A stretch of 47,914 nucleotides of DNA, counting the filler, from Sphacelaria rigidula (taxonomy: Eukaryota): assembly GCA_964200075.2 (NCBI GenBank). It is 2 parts of 2 records of this genome, joined end to end, with 100 filler letters (N's around TTAATTAATTAA, not from the genome) between each part and the next. Parts side by side here need not be neighbours in the genome. Positions count along the whole stretch, not along the records: positions 1 to 23,913 come from CAXNAA020000239.1; 1 more part is not named here. One strand, 5' to 3'. Positions 1-12,500 of the stretch are shown one piece after another. The position numbers were made by a program, and so were the translations under genes. Numbering within the stretch: position 1 is the stretch's first letter; each line of letters opens with the position of its first letter. The notes beneath the pieces are model-generated. The model made no database searches. It was not told the DNA's origin and saw nothing but the letters and a program-made list of their open reading frames with translations.

Positions 1-2
1 GC

Positions 3-680
3 TGTCATGTAGCATGATGCGGTGTTGCGATGGTGTGTATGGCGGGACCGTACGAAGCGATCTTGGGGGTGGATGCCAACGATTTCTCTTTCGACAGAGA
101 CATTGCCGCCTCATATATGCTCGAACCAGATTGGAAAGCTCGACGGGTATTCGCAGTACGGTTGAGTCGTGCAATAAACTATTCACGTCGGGCATCGGCC
201 GTCGATTCTTCAGGACAGTGGACGCCCGATCATCCGCTCGGCACATCACTGCGTTGGCAGTGATATCCCCCCACCACGTCACTAACAGCACCTTACCGAC
301 CTTACGGACAGCAATTTGACGCCCGAGATTTTTGTCTGGGCACGAGCCTCGAGATGAACAACAGTGAAAACATCCGTCGACAATCAAACAAACGTTGTTA
401 TGCTCCGTCGCCCGCAGCTAACCAGGGATGGGCGGCATGTGAAACCACGGACGCACTTCCTACTCCTCCTAAAATTGCGCATCAGCAGTGTCGTGCGGTA
501 CTCCTGAGGGCTTTTCGTCATTCAACGGCTAGGGTCTTCAAACCTCATTTCATTGATGAACCTCATTTTATAGAATCCCCTGTTATACAGAGTGTTTGTA
601 CAGCTCTCGGCATCTACCCTGCCCTGTGCTGTTCTCATGGGGTAAAGGAAGACCATGATACTGGCGAGCGAGAGCAGTGA
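3..680 (+). pseudogene. Interrupted coding-like frame of unknown product
   Basis: ORFs 30..263 and 354..680 share a frame and are separated only by TGA at 261-263. Confidence 0.3.
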
Positions 681-1289
681 AGCAATGCGCTGACTGCCCG
701 TAAGCACCAGCGACTGCGACAGCAGTGGTGATGGCAACCAAGCCACCATGGCTGCTGTCGTGCTCTTGAGGGTGTGTTAGCGTGCGGCGGGATTTCAAAC
801 GTGTTTTCAATCACATTTTCGTTAGCCCAAAGCTATCAGAAAATCAGGATTTTCTAGTATATTTGGGCTGTCGGAAAATGCTATCAGAAGCATTTCTATG
901 AAAACGCGTTTTCTGATAAATGACCAAAAAGCCACTTTTCATGTGATCAGAAGAAGAAATCATTTGATACATAAAACAACGTTTTTGTGATACTAAAAAT
1001 AGAGCGCTGATCGAGAGTGGCTTTGGTCATTCACTCGAACTTGGCCAATCTTTGATTCCGTGTGTGTTTTTCTTTGCCTCTATCACTTGCGGGTGCTTAC
1101 AGCTACACCTCGATATCCTACTCGGGGACATCAAGGGCCTCAGTGGCGAGCTACTACAGAAAGCATACCGGGCCTCTTGGAGGGGCATTTCGGAACTGAA
1201 AAAAATCATTCACTCATTGACCGCTTTCCGCTATCAATCGTATCCTCTACTCTCAATCTCACGAATACACCGTTATAAGAAGTAGCCGA

Positions 1290-1628
1290 CGGATCACCGT
1301 CAGCGTCACGCACACCGTAACATTACGTGTTACACGACACGTTACAACGACGTATACACTAGTAAATGAGCCGCGACATGCGCAGAATGAAACGTTACAT
1401 TCGAACGTCACACGTGTCGACGTAACGCTCTATTAGACGTTACACGTGACATTGAAACATTTCATATTACGTTACATGTGACGAAACGTAACGTGATATG
1501 GGGTGATGAATGTAACGTGAACGTGACGTTAAATTTTTTAACCTGACATACGTAAGGTAACGTGGACGTCAAAAAAAATTACGTGATGAACGTAATTTGA
1601 ACGTGAACGTGTAACATGTAGACCCCTG
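1290..1628. mobile_element. Terminal segment of a hAT-like DNA element with ACGT-rich subterminal repeats (copy 1)
   Basis: Dense ACGT/ACGTGA/ACGTTA motifs ending in CCCCTG; alignable to 24680-25056. Confidence 0.6.
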
Positions 1629-1632
1629 ATAA

Positions 1633-2030
1633 ATTGGGGATGGAATTTTCATTGGGGATGAAAACCCGGAGAAATAAAATATTCGTATCCACACCAAATC
1701 TTCGAAATATGGTTACATTTCTTCACTTGCTGGTAGCTATTAACAGCTACTACACGCAATACAAATTTGGATTTCGATCACCGAAATGATATGGTCCTAG
1801 GTGAAAAACCAATGTTGGGGTCCGATCGGATCACCAAAATTCCCCAAAATTGATTTTTCACGTAGGACCCCAACATTTCGGTTGTCAAAATCCAGATTTG
1901 TATGGCGTGTAGTAGTTGTTAATAGCTACCAGCAAGTGAAGAAATGGAACATATATTTCGAAGACTTAATGTGAATACGAAGATTGTCATTCTCCGGGTT
2001 CTTATTCCCAATGAAAAATCCATCCCCAAT
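1633..2030. mobile_element. Palindromic MITE (about 400 bp, long inverted arms)
   Basis: attggggatgga..ttcattgggga at the left end versus tccccaatgaaaaatccatccccaat at the right; arms pair along most of their length. Confidence 0.8.
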
Positions 2031-2161
2031 GTGCAAAATCATATGTTATCCCCTAGTGGCGCAGTTAAACTGCCCCCGCTCGAGCAACTACTCGAGTCTG
2101 GGGGTGATCCATCCTGATCGTCTGCAGTGCTGCTCTTATCTCGTGTTACACACGCCGGTCG

Positions 2162-2556
2162 CCCCGGTGTCTCAGTTGTTAACCTCGGTACCTTCTTGCG
2201 GTTGGGGTGGCTCAGTTGATGACCTCGAAACCTTCTATCGGTTGGGTCGTGGCTTCGAACCTCGGAGTGATGTGGGATTTTTCTCATGCTCAACAGTGGA
2301 GAGCAACCATGTCGTGGGTACACGAAATTCGACTTCAAGGTCGACGAGGGAAAGGGACTGTTGACCCCCTTTCGTGATGAAAAATAATAAGGCAAGCACT
2401 GCAGGAGGAAGGTGGAGTATCAAAAACAAAACAAGACAAAAAGAACTCCTGTGTTGACCATTATCCTGTGTGACCCCCGGCTGGTGGGCACACATATACC
2501 GACAGGTGTAGACCGGCGTCCAGAATAATTGATGGGACGACAAAACAAGCACACAT
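2162..2556 (+). mobile_element. tRNA-derived SINE (copy 1)
   Basis: A-box GTGGCTCAGTTG and B-box GGCTTCGAACC; body matches 16500-16779; CAA/CA-rich tail. Confidence 0.75.
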
Positions 2557-2719
2557 CCTCTCGTAACCGCAATACTCCAAACAAAAGAACTTGCCAATAA
2601 TGAATTTTTGTTGGTGTGCGGTGTTGAATGAAGGAGTAGGTTGGGTTGATGGATGGGAGGTACATGTTCAGGCCATGCGGTTGTGTTTGGATTGGACCTA
2701 GATCCATATCTCCCCAAGG

Positions 2720-3704
2720 AACACGGGATCTTATGAGTTGGGGATGAATCTTATATTGGGGATGGGAAACTCGGAGAATGAAAATCTTTGTATCCACACC
2801 AAATCTTCGGGATATGGTTCCATTTCTTCACCTACCTGCTGATAGTTGTTGACAACTGATACACGCCATATAAATTTGGATTTCGATCACCGAAATGTTG
2901 AGGTCCTAGGTGAAAAGCCAGGTTTGGGGAATTCTGGGTGTCCAACCGGACGCCAAAATGGTTCCGAAATTGGTTTTTCACCTACAACCCCAACATTTCG
3001 GTGATCGAAATCCAACTTTTTGTGGCGAGTAGCAGTAGTTGTCAACAGTATCAGTACAGGAGTGGGCGGTCTAACTATTCATTTTATGGCATTTTGTGAT
3101 TTCTTCGTAATTGACGATTTTCTTGGGCTCTTCTCGCCTGCCACCGCGTATCACATCGGGGATCTGAAGATACTTGTATCCGCTCCACATTCCAAGAAAA
3201 TAAAATCATCTGTACTCGGTATTCAGTGACTTACGGCTGACCGGTCGTCGGGGGTCCTGCGACGTTTCAGCCTAGGTTCTAATTCTTCGGTATTTTCGGT
3301 CAATTGAGCCTGTCCCGAACACATTTTTGAAGAAATGTACAGTTTTTTTTTTCGCTTACTCATTGCACTAGAGCCGAAAACTGTGTTCCACGGTCAATAA
3401 TACCCTCTTGATGAACGGGTTATTTACTCGTTTCGCCCGATAACACCAGCCAGCACTGACTTGGGCACCGTGTTTTGAGGATAATCTGTTTATTGTACCA
3501 AAATCTCCCGACGCTAGCAATTTCCAGTTCTCGAAGAGTAGAACGCGAGCAAAACCCCCAGACCCCGCTGGATAGTTAGACCGCCCACTACTGTAGGTGA
3601 GAAATGGGACCATTCAAAGATTTCGTGTAGATACGAAGATTTTGATTCTCTGGGTTTCTCATCCCTAATAAAAGATCCATCCCCAATTTCTAAGATCCCA
3701 TGTT
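2720..3704. mobile_element. Second copy of the palindromic MITE, interrupted by a nested insertion
   Basis: Ends aacacgggatctta / taagatcccatgtt; homologous to 1633-2030. Confidence 0.8.
3057..3593. mobile_element. Tc1/mariner-like non-autonomous element with TA target-site duplication
   Basis: 22-bp TIR CAG(G/T)AGTGGGCGGTCTAACTAT; TA at 3055-56 and 3594-95. Confidence 0.85.
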
Positions 3705-4265
3705 AAGGCCTGTGCTCGTACCTGCAATCGGGTATATCTACAACGGCATACCCCAACCTCGAGTAGGGGTAGAGGAGGCTTACAGAGCTTACACACTGTC
3801 GGGTACAGGTTCAAAAGTCTTGAAGAAATTACAGAACTTATCGGGCACGGTATAGAAGCTTACAGGAAACCTTACCGGCAATTGGGTGTTTCTTCAAGAG
3901 CATACCCACGCTCCGGGTACGGGTGGACATTCCGCACAGACCTCACAGAACAATTGGGTAAGGGTATGGGAGGCTTACAAATTTCACAAAAACTGTCGGG
4001 GACGGTATGGAGGTTGCGCAGAAAACGCCGCAACCGGGTATCTCATCAAGAATATACCGATGCCCCCCGGTAACGGTAGGGGAGTCCTACAGGACCCACA
4101 AAACTATCGGGTAAGGGTAAAAAAGTTTTGGAGAGTTTACAGAAATGTCGGGTACCGGTATGAATGTCTCAAACACGTTACAAGACTGTTGGGTACGGTA
4201 AATACCCGGGGGGAAAAAATACCCCAGGTATTTAGAAAACCGTGCCCCACAGAACACAACCTTGG
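3705..4265. repeat. Element made of degenerate 35-40 bp ACAGAA..TCGGGTACGGTA subrepeats
   Basis: Recurrent cgggtacgg / ttacagaa motifs; imperfect ends aaggcctgtgctc / gaacacaacctt. Confidence 0.6.
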
Positions 4266-5521
4266 AAAATATATACAAGTGTCCCTCCCGAGCTCAGAGT
4301 CACTTGCGTCACATGCCACGGTAATGTCACGGATACTCCATTGCGGTCCCACCGCGTTGGGATAGTCCGGATCATTACAACCACCATCGCAGTTCCGGAT
4401 ACCCAATTGTACAAGGTGTCTCGATCATGTGTGACTTCAACCACAAACTGACTACAACTGCACTGGGAAGAAAGTGAGCTGAAAAAAACAATTAGTGGGC
4501 TCATGTAGCTACCAGCCCTTTATACATGGATGATTACACGACCACCCCAAGTGGAGGCCAACATCAAGTTACTGTTTATTCGGCTATCGGCAACCGACCG
4601 AATCATTAACTCGGCACTCTGCTGTACCGTTATATATACGAAACGCATCCAAGTACAATGCCAAAATGCCCCTTGATGAAGTTTACCGTAAACAGCGACC
4701 ACTTTGCGGGTTCACGTCAATACTACAATACCGGAGCTTCCAACATAACCATCAACGTCGCACACGAAGCGCTCAGACAAGGCATCAAAGAACCACGAAG
4801 TCACACCCACGGTTCGTGAAAAAGCAGCGGGTTCCGATTCACCTTCCGAATAATTTGGTTGTCAAGCATTAATAATCCAACACCTGTGAAAACGTCAAAT
4901 AAAAAAACGATGTAAACGTTAGACTTTCGTTTTCTTGCCGTTCCAACGGTGGCGATCGTGTGTGCCCGTTAGGAAAAGTACGTGTTCAAATACAGTCTCA
5001 TGTGTGGATTTCGTCACGGGCAAAGCAAGTACGCGTGGAATCGAAGACATAAATCTTGGGATGGCTGCAACTCTGAGCTTTCCAACGGGTATTACTGCCT
5101 TCCTTGTATAACCATATCACGTATTAAAAACTATCAGGAGGAAAGCACTACGAAGTAAAAGGACGGTAAAAAGTACATGCAGCACTCCCTTCACCGGAAC
5201 ATCACAAACCAACGGCAGCTACTGACAGCTGCACTTAATGATACAACTGCACATATGTGATCACAAGAAAAACAGAAGCCCAGTACGCTCGGTTATACTT
5301 ACAACTTCGTTCGGAGTATCGACATTCAAACGCAATAGCCGGTGAGATGCGACAAATATGTCTCGCATGATATTCATCGTGACAATTTATGATAAAACCG
5401 AGCATACAACTAGTATTGGAATATCAAGTATAACAGATCCGGGTGGTGGGTGAGTAGACAGTGCGACGACCACTATGCACACGTCCTCCCTCGCTCCACA
5501 CTTTGGCACTCCCATGTAAGC

Positions 5522-6586
5522 TCAGGCAATATTCGTTCCCGGAGCACCCCCTTCACCGTTCTGCTCACTGTCGTCACCTTGTGGGGCCTCCTCTCTCAAT
5601 CCCTCAGCCAACCCGTCCCCGTCGTCATCGTCCTCGACAGGATCGATTGCATTTTCTGCTGCCCTCAGTTCCTCATCCTTTCCAGTGAACCACACGGGCA
5701 GAAACGTCCTTATTTCTTTGGACGAAATGCACGGGATGAATGGAGGGATGATGTCGAAGTTGAGGTGGAGAAACATCAGCATCTCCACCCAGTACGTGTC
5801 GAGGCGGCTCCTTCTCCCCCTGAGGAGCTGCTCCACTCCGCTCAAGTCTCGCTCGACTTGTGCTGCTGAGGCCTGATTGCCGAACACTTGCTGAGCCACG
5901 TGGCGCAGCACGGGGAACGCGTGATTTCCGGTCTCCCGCCAGTACGTCAGCGCTTCATTCAGCTTCAAATCTGCCCTCGAAATGGACACAGCCCTGTAGC
6001 GTCCCAGTTCGATATCCACGGCGGTCTCGATATCATCTCGATGATCTTTCGTTTCATTGTCGTCATCGTCAGAGAGCATGTTGGCAAGTTCATCGTCCTC
6101 GTCCCTTACTCTGTCGACCTTTGTCGGGGGCATCTGACTCAGCTGTGTCTTATGAATCTTTGCGGGATGCGCAGCTATTTCTCGCTCTGCCTGCTCACGT
6201 GCGGCTTGGACCGCTATCGTGGTGATTTCCTTCCACGTGGCGTCTATCCTTGCCGTCACCTCCGCCTGAGCTGTCGGCGTAACCGACTGGAGACTGGAGA
6301 CAGCACTCGCGTCTATGGTCTCTAGCTTCATCCATTGGAGGACGTTGGCCTTGCTGTAAGAAGGTACGAGGGCGACTTGGGCATCTCTGTAGAAGGAGGG
6401 GAAAGATTGGTTGCCACTCCATACTCGCCCGTGATACCTCGAGACCATCGCCGAGCGAAGCGCCGCACGAGTCGCCCTTCCCGTGTCTGTCAACTGCGCG
6501 TGGGGTACCATCTGGAACCCCAGCTTAAAATTGTCCATATCCAAATTCAACTTCTCCTCACCGCACGAAGATGGTAGGCAAAACAC
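5522..6586 (-). CDS. hAT gene exon 6 (C-terminal dimerisation domain, catalytic Glu, acidic tail)
   Basis: Acceptor cag|GTG; 354-aa ORF with YW..FPVL..A..ASAAQVERDLS..RRSRL typical of Dimer_Tnp_hAT. Confidence 0.9.
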   Translation of the reverse strand: MFCLPSSCGEEKLNLDMDNFKLGFQMVPHAQLTDTGRATRAALRSAMVSRYHGRVWSGNQSFPSFYRDAQVALVPSYSKANVLQWMKLETIDASAVSSLQSVTPTAQAEVTARIDATWKEITTIAVQAAREQAEREIAAHPAKIHKTQLSQMPPTKVDRVRDEDDELANMLSDDDDNETKDHRDDIETAVDIELGRYRAVSISRADLKLNEALTYWRETGNHAFPVLRHVAQQVFGNQASAAQVERDLSGVEQLLRGRRSRLDTYWVEMLMFLHLNFDIIPPFIPCISSKEIRTFLPVWFTGKDEELRAAENAIDPVEDDDDGDGLAEGLREEAPQGDDSEQNGEGGAPGTNIA

Positions 6587-9500
6587 CTGTCAGCAATCGT
6601 CATTTTCAGTCAATGCAAACTCAGATTTCTGTAGTGAGGAGTGGAAAGATTGGTGAGTGGAAAGATTGGTTGCCACTCCACACTCGCACGTGATGCTTCG
6701 AGACCGTCGCCGAGCGAAGCGCCACACGAGTCGCCCTTCCCGCGTCTGGCAACTGCGCGTGGGGTACCATCTGGAACCCCAGCTTACAGTTACCAATATT
6801 CAAAATCAACTTCTCACCGAACAAAGGTGGTGGGCAAAACACATCACCAAGCGAAGCAATATACTAAGCACGAATGACAACGGAACTCGAAGGGGAAATG
6901 GTGACTTGCAACTGGTGAAACGGCGGCCGGGAGCAACTTTCCAGTGATGTACAGCTTGAAATGCCATGGTAAGCATTGGGGCACTGAAAATAGATGACGT
7001 ACAAATCGTTACAAACTGCACATCGAAAACAAACATGGCATCCATAATCGAATTACATTGTGGTTGCTGGAATGAATCCACCGCCTGTTCATTGGCTGGT
7101 CGCGCCCCTATATTTGTAACCAATACATGCGCGCGCTACAGACGCCTACGCTTCACGAACGCAATACAGTGCAATCTCAAGTTGAAAGCCCTCCTGGTGT
7201 GCGGACCTACCAAGCACACTACCCCAAACCGAGTCAATCTCACCTTCAGGTCTGCCTTGGGGTTGAGGGTTTTCACCAGCAAGGCGCCGAGCAGAGAGTG
7301 CAGCTTGCCACTCATGGGTTCTGAGTCAGACTGCCCATCACGCAGAAGCGCCGCGCATGGCTCCAGGAGAGAAAAAATCTCCCGTATCTCTTCGTGCCTC
7401 GTTTCGAGCGGGAATGCATCTCCGTTGTCCACGTACAGTTGCCGAAATGGATGCCAGCACCGGATGATGCACTTGATGGCCTTGCTCAGCGTCAGCCACC
7501 GATGTGGAGCGTGCTTGGTCGCCTTGACGACTGCTCTGAGCAGCTCAACCTGTCATGATGAGAATACATTGGCGAGCACGGGAGAAAGCGCTATGTGAGA
7601 AGATGATTGCGATACTGTAAAGATTATTCCCATGGCATTTTGGTTTCTTCGTCTAGCAGCTCAAAGCTCGGAGGAACCAACGCTCGAGTCAATATTTTAC
7701 GAGAATACTCTTGCTGCCCCCGCAACAAACACCATATCTTATTGGCGACATATGAAACACTGTAAACGGTGGGTGGGGAACGTTCTACGTGTCACATCCC
7801 ATCAAACAAGTCAAACCACCAAAGTCGCCGCATGTTGACCTTAATATCCCCAAGCTCCGCCTTCAAGGTGGCAGACTTGCTGACCACCTCAATGACCTGC
7901 ACCACCGCCTCGATCACGTCCCGGGCAGCCGGATTTTTCGAAGAGGCCGGTGTCGGGGAGGTGCCGAACCCATGCTCGCATCCCTTGCTGACCATGTGCG
8001 AGACACACCAGTCCCACGCTACCCCATCGTCGGCCTCACAGTCGACCCCGAACGCCTTGCCGTCGGAACCAGCGTCGGTTGTGCACGACGCAAAGTGCTC
8101 GACGCTCAGGCCAAACTCGGCGATGGACGCCTTGAAGATCTTGAATAGAATCTCAGAGGTCCTCTCGCCGAGATCGGAGGCCGGGCGATAGAGCTTCAGC
8201 TGATACGTCAACCCAGTACCGCGAGAGAACGACGCGCGGGCACGAGGATAAATGTCGGTAAAATGAAAAGGATGGAGACAAGATTATGGTGATAATAACA
8301 GCAGGTATCTTTCAGTGGGGGGAGATACCGTATGTACGGTCAACTAGCAATGGCATGACCAATTAGACACAACAGTGACGCTTGTTTTACTTTCATATCA
8401 AGCCTTCTAAAGGACATGCAATTCTTCATCGAGAGGGAAACCTCCTAGGAAAAATCGCTCGTTTTTACCAATGTGTTGGAATTTGAGAATTAGTCCCTTA
8501 CTGCAAGTGCTCAAGCATTTAGTCAGCACCGTTGCGTCCATACAAGCACATTCCACGGTGCTCTGAACATCGACCTCTTGTCTACAACTTCCATCTTACC
8601 GCGATCACAGCGTCACGGAGGTTGAAGCTGCTGTCAATCCAGAAGATGTGGATCTCAAGAAATCTCTTGCCAGAAACCTCGCACCGCCAGATGTCCATGC
8701 TGAAGTGGAGAATGCGCAGCAATGCAGCAGCCAGTTCTTTCCTCAGGCCCTCCATTATGACCTGTCCAGATTGCAGTTTTGTGTCCGGTTACACGCGATT
8801 CACTGCAAGTACGATACCCTTGGTTAACCATTTTGGAACTGTCTCCTTTCATTCCTGAGTCAAGCGCCTTATAGCCCACGAGAGCCCATGGATGCGGAAG
8901 GAGAAGCAAGAACGCACCTACCACCATATGGGCCGCACAATCAACTTAAGCACACCAATGCGGTTGGATTGGTTCCGTCTCATGATTGCATTCTCGAGAT
9001 GAATGCTGCTGAGATATAAGAACATTGTCAGTCGGATTGGCTCTAGTCTCCTAGTAACCATGGCCCTTCACACGGTCTCATGAACGGCAGAGAAATAGCA
9101 AAACCTCCTGCTACGTGTACTATATTTGGCAAGACGCATGGGAAAAATGACCACATGAGCAAGCGAACCTTTCTCGAAACGTCCAATCCGCACCAAGCAC
9201 GCCCTGTCGTACAAGTTTGATGTTTTCACATGAAAATCAACCGCGAAGGGCTGAGTTGTACTCTTCACACGCGCTACACCATCAGCTGAGTCCGCTAATC
9301 TTGGGGTCGGGCCGCCTATTTTTCCGTAACACAAAAGTGCACGCGCCGAAAGTGGTGTGCATGGTAGGACACATCCCCACGTGCTGCAAATAATATCTGT
9401 TTTGGACGGTGAGCACAGTGCTGCTCTTGAGGGCCACATATATTCCACAATGCACGCACATGCTGCAGGTTGTGTCGTGTACTGATCGTTCATGCAGAGA

Positions 9501-12500
9501 TGGACTTGTCATTGAGGGCATGCCCAATACGAACAAGTAAAATTCAAAAACTAGGACGAGTTTGTCATAGCACGTACTGATTTGGTCCAGCTCGTAGTGG
9601 AACTACGATCCTGGTGCTGAGCAAGCAGCGTACGACTTCTTCCTGCAGATGTTTCACAACGTGCTATTCGCCGATTATTGCAGGCGACTGCGCTTGGCTG
9701 CCGTACTGTTTAGGAGAGATAAAGCCACGCGGCAGGCCCTGCGTGCAACGTCAAGGCTGCAGCATTGACAGTCCGGTCCGAGAACTTGACACCAGAATCT
9801 CTGGCTCAAAAAAGACGACCGACTGCCAAACGGAACGCAGTAATTAGGTTCCCTGCATCTGTACCGTCCACCTGAAATTCGCTGCACGCTCTGATCGGTT
9901 ATACAGACAACCTCAGATTTTCGCGATCCTGGGTGACCAGATACGGCGTGGTGACGGTGTACTTTGGCAGCGATTTGGCGCAGATGTCAAGATAGCCGAA
10001 ATTTTGCTCGGTCACGCTGAAAATCAGTAGGTGGGCGACTGATATAAAGGTGAGGGTAGCGAAACTACGTTTGACAAAAAAAACTCACGCCGCTCAAAAC
10101 CGACGGCCAAAGCAATCACTGAGAACAATATTCCAAATGCAGGTCGAGTAGAGTATGTACTTTTGAGTACTCGTCGTGTACAAGCTCAAATATTTTACTC
10201 AAATAATGAGTAAGCAACCTGAGTGATACTCGAGTATAGACTATCACTTGGGGATGAACTCAATACTCTACTCAAATTTTGGGTAGATTGAGTATGGCCT
10301 CAAATATTCTACTCAAATTTTGGGTATTTTGAGTACAACCTCCAATACTCTACTCAAATATTGAGTAAGCACTCTCAGTACCACTCGGGTATGATGAGTA
10401 ACGATGACCGTCGGCGACTTCGTGACGTCACTTCACAGACTATGTTGAATACATGAGAGAACGATGACCATCAATGACATAAACGGCGTCACGTGACAGG
10501 CCACAATGAGTATGAGTGAATAATGGCTATCGAAAAATAAAAAAAAGCGTGCAGGTGAATGAACCTACCTGCAGCAGCTCACCTCCTGCCCCCCGCCATG
10601 GCAGTACATACTTTATGCCTCGCAACCCCTTCGATATCAGTTCAAGTATAGAGCGCTACTCATCATCATTGAGTAACCGAGTAGACGGGTAGTCGGGTAG
10701 GTATTGTATTATATGAGCAACTTTACTGGCCGCACATGTGACGTCTCCGTGGGAGAGTCAGCGGTGGAAACAGTGCAAGACGCGGAAACATCGGAACAGT
10801 CGCCAGAGGCAGGAACAGAAAAAGGCGCGACGGGGTCAGGAGTGATAGACCTGACCCCAAAAGAGGCTCCGGCGGTCCGCATTGTGGAGGCGGCCCATTT
10901 GGTTTCGATCCAAATGCTTTCTCGAATATACTTTATCCGAATGTTTGCTAACGTTTAATCGGAAATCAGCACTTATCATGGGTGGCCAACTCTGGAAATA
11001 TACCGTTACGTACTCTACCCGAGTTTCAGTATCTTGCGTATGAACTTGAATACTAAAGTAAAAGTTAAACCCAAGGTTTTGGTGCATCGGGTCTGGCCTC
11101 CGATACTCTACCCAACTTTCGGGTAGATTGGGTATGACCTCGAATACTCTGCTCAAATTTTGAGTAGATTGAGCATCACCTCAAATACTCTGCTCAAATT
11201 TTGAGTAGATTGAACTTGACCTCAAATACTCTACTCAATTTTTGGGTAAATGGAGCATGACCTCAGATACTCCACTCAAATTTTGACTAGATCGAGTACG
11301 ACCTCAAATACATCATTCAAATTTTGATTGAGCACTCGAAGCAACACTTGAGTATAGGGTATCACCTGGGTATGATGTCAGTACTCTGCTCAAACTTGAA
11401 GATCACGGGTCCAGCAAATGAAAAAAATAAAAAAGAAGTTATGAGCATTTGAAATTTCAGCAAGAACAAGATAATGACGAAAGTCCAAGAAAAATAGGAG
11501 AATCTGCGGCTGGAATCGCGAAGTATCAGTCCCTCGGGCGCAGAACGTCTTCCTTAAATTTCAGCTCAAGACTCGTCGAATTGGGCCGTGCGTTTCACAT
11601 TTTCCGTGATGCTGCTGCACCCCTATAAATCAACTGATGGGAGACTCCAATTATGAAGGTCATGAGTTCGAATCCCGACACATCCTCTTTTTTTTTTCGT
11701 TCGTCGTTTAGCTTACACATTGATGAGGTACATTTTTTTTCATTTTTTTTTCTCATTCAGCGGCGGTGCGGTGTGTCACCAGGTTGGTCTACACTTCACA
11801 GTGATATGCTTACATCGGGTTCATTCGGGAAACTGGGGAAGCTGTGGTGTGAGCAAGGTTTAGCAGCTTTCAAGCTGGCCCAGCTCGTACTCAAATTTTG
11901 GATAGATTGAGTACGGCCTCAAATGCTCTACTCAAAACATGAGTAGATCGACTACGACCTCCAATACTCTACTCAAATATGTCGGGAGAGTGGTACCACT
12001 TGACCGCGAGCCAGGATGATGCAAGGATAAAACACTCGTGGAGTGGCTGATTTTTAGCGATACCTGGAGACCAAGCTACACCCTATTGGCGCGCGCGGGG
12101 AGGGGGGGGGGAGGGGTAGTTGGAAAATTCCAGACCACCTTACCGATTGTCGATGTAGTGTACATTCACTCCGGTGGTTAATGCCGCTGCTTGTAAAAGC
12201 CTACAAGGCGGTGTCATTTTGTGCTCAAGTACCAATATTTGTTCAAGGCAAAAAAAGTCGGGAGAGGGCGGGGCCGCATGTCCCTCGACCGAACAAAAAG
12301 CCACCCCTTCGTGTTCGGTTCTCAAATGGTGTACGTGAACTGATGCTCACACGCTCACGAGAAAGCACATTGGAGGGAGGCAGGATACATAACTAGAGAC
12401 CCCGACTGCACGATGAGATAAGAAGCTGCACAACCGCGTAATAACTTCGTGGCACAGCGGAAGCTGTGAGACAAGGACCGGATAAATTGAAGAACCACAC

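Noticed and set aside
261-263. Selenocysteine TGA
   Set aside because: No redox-motif context or identifiable SECIS element.
6966-7598. 210-aa plus-strand ORF (also 5450..5869, 5888..6325 and 7769..8191)
   Set aside because: These are antisense shadows of the hAT exons.
11098-11335. CRISPR-like periodic palindromic repeats
   Set aside because: The units are contiguous degenerate tandem copies without unique spacers, no cas genes are present, and the context is eukaryotic.
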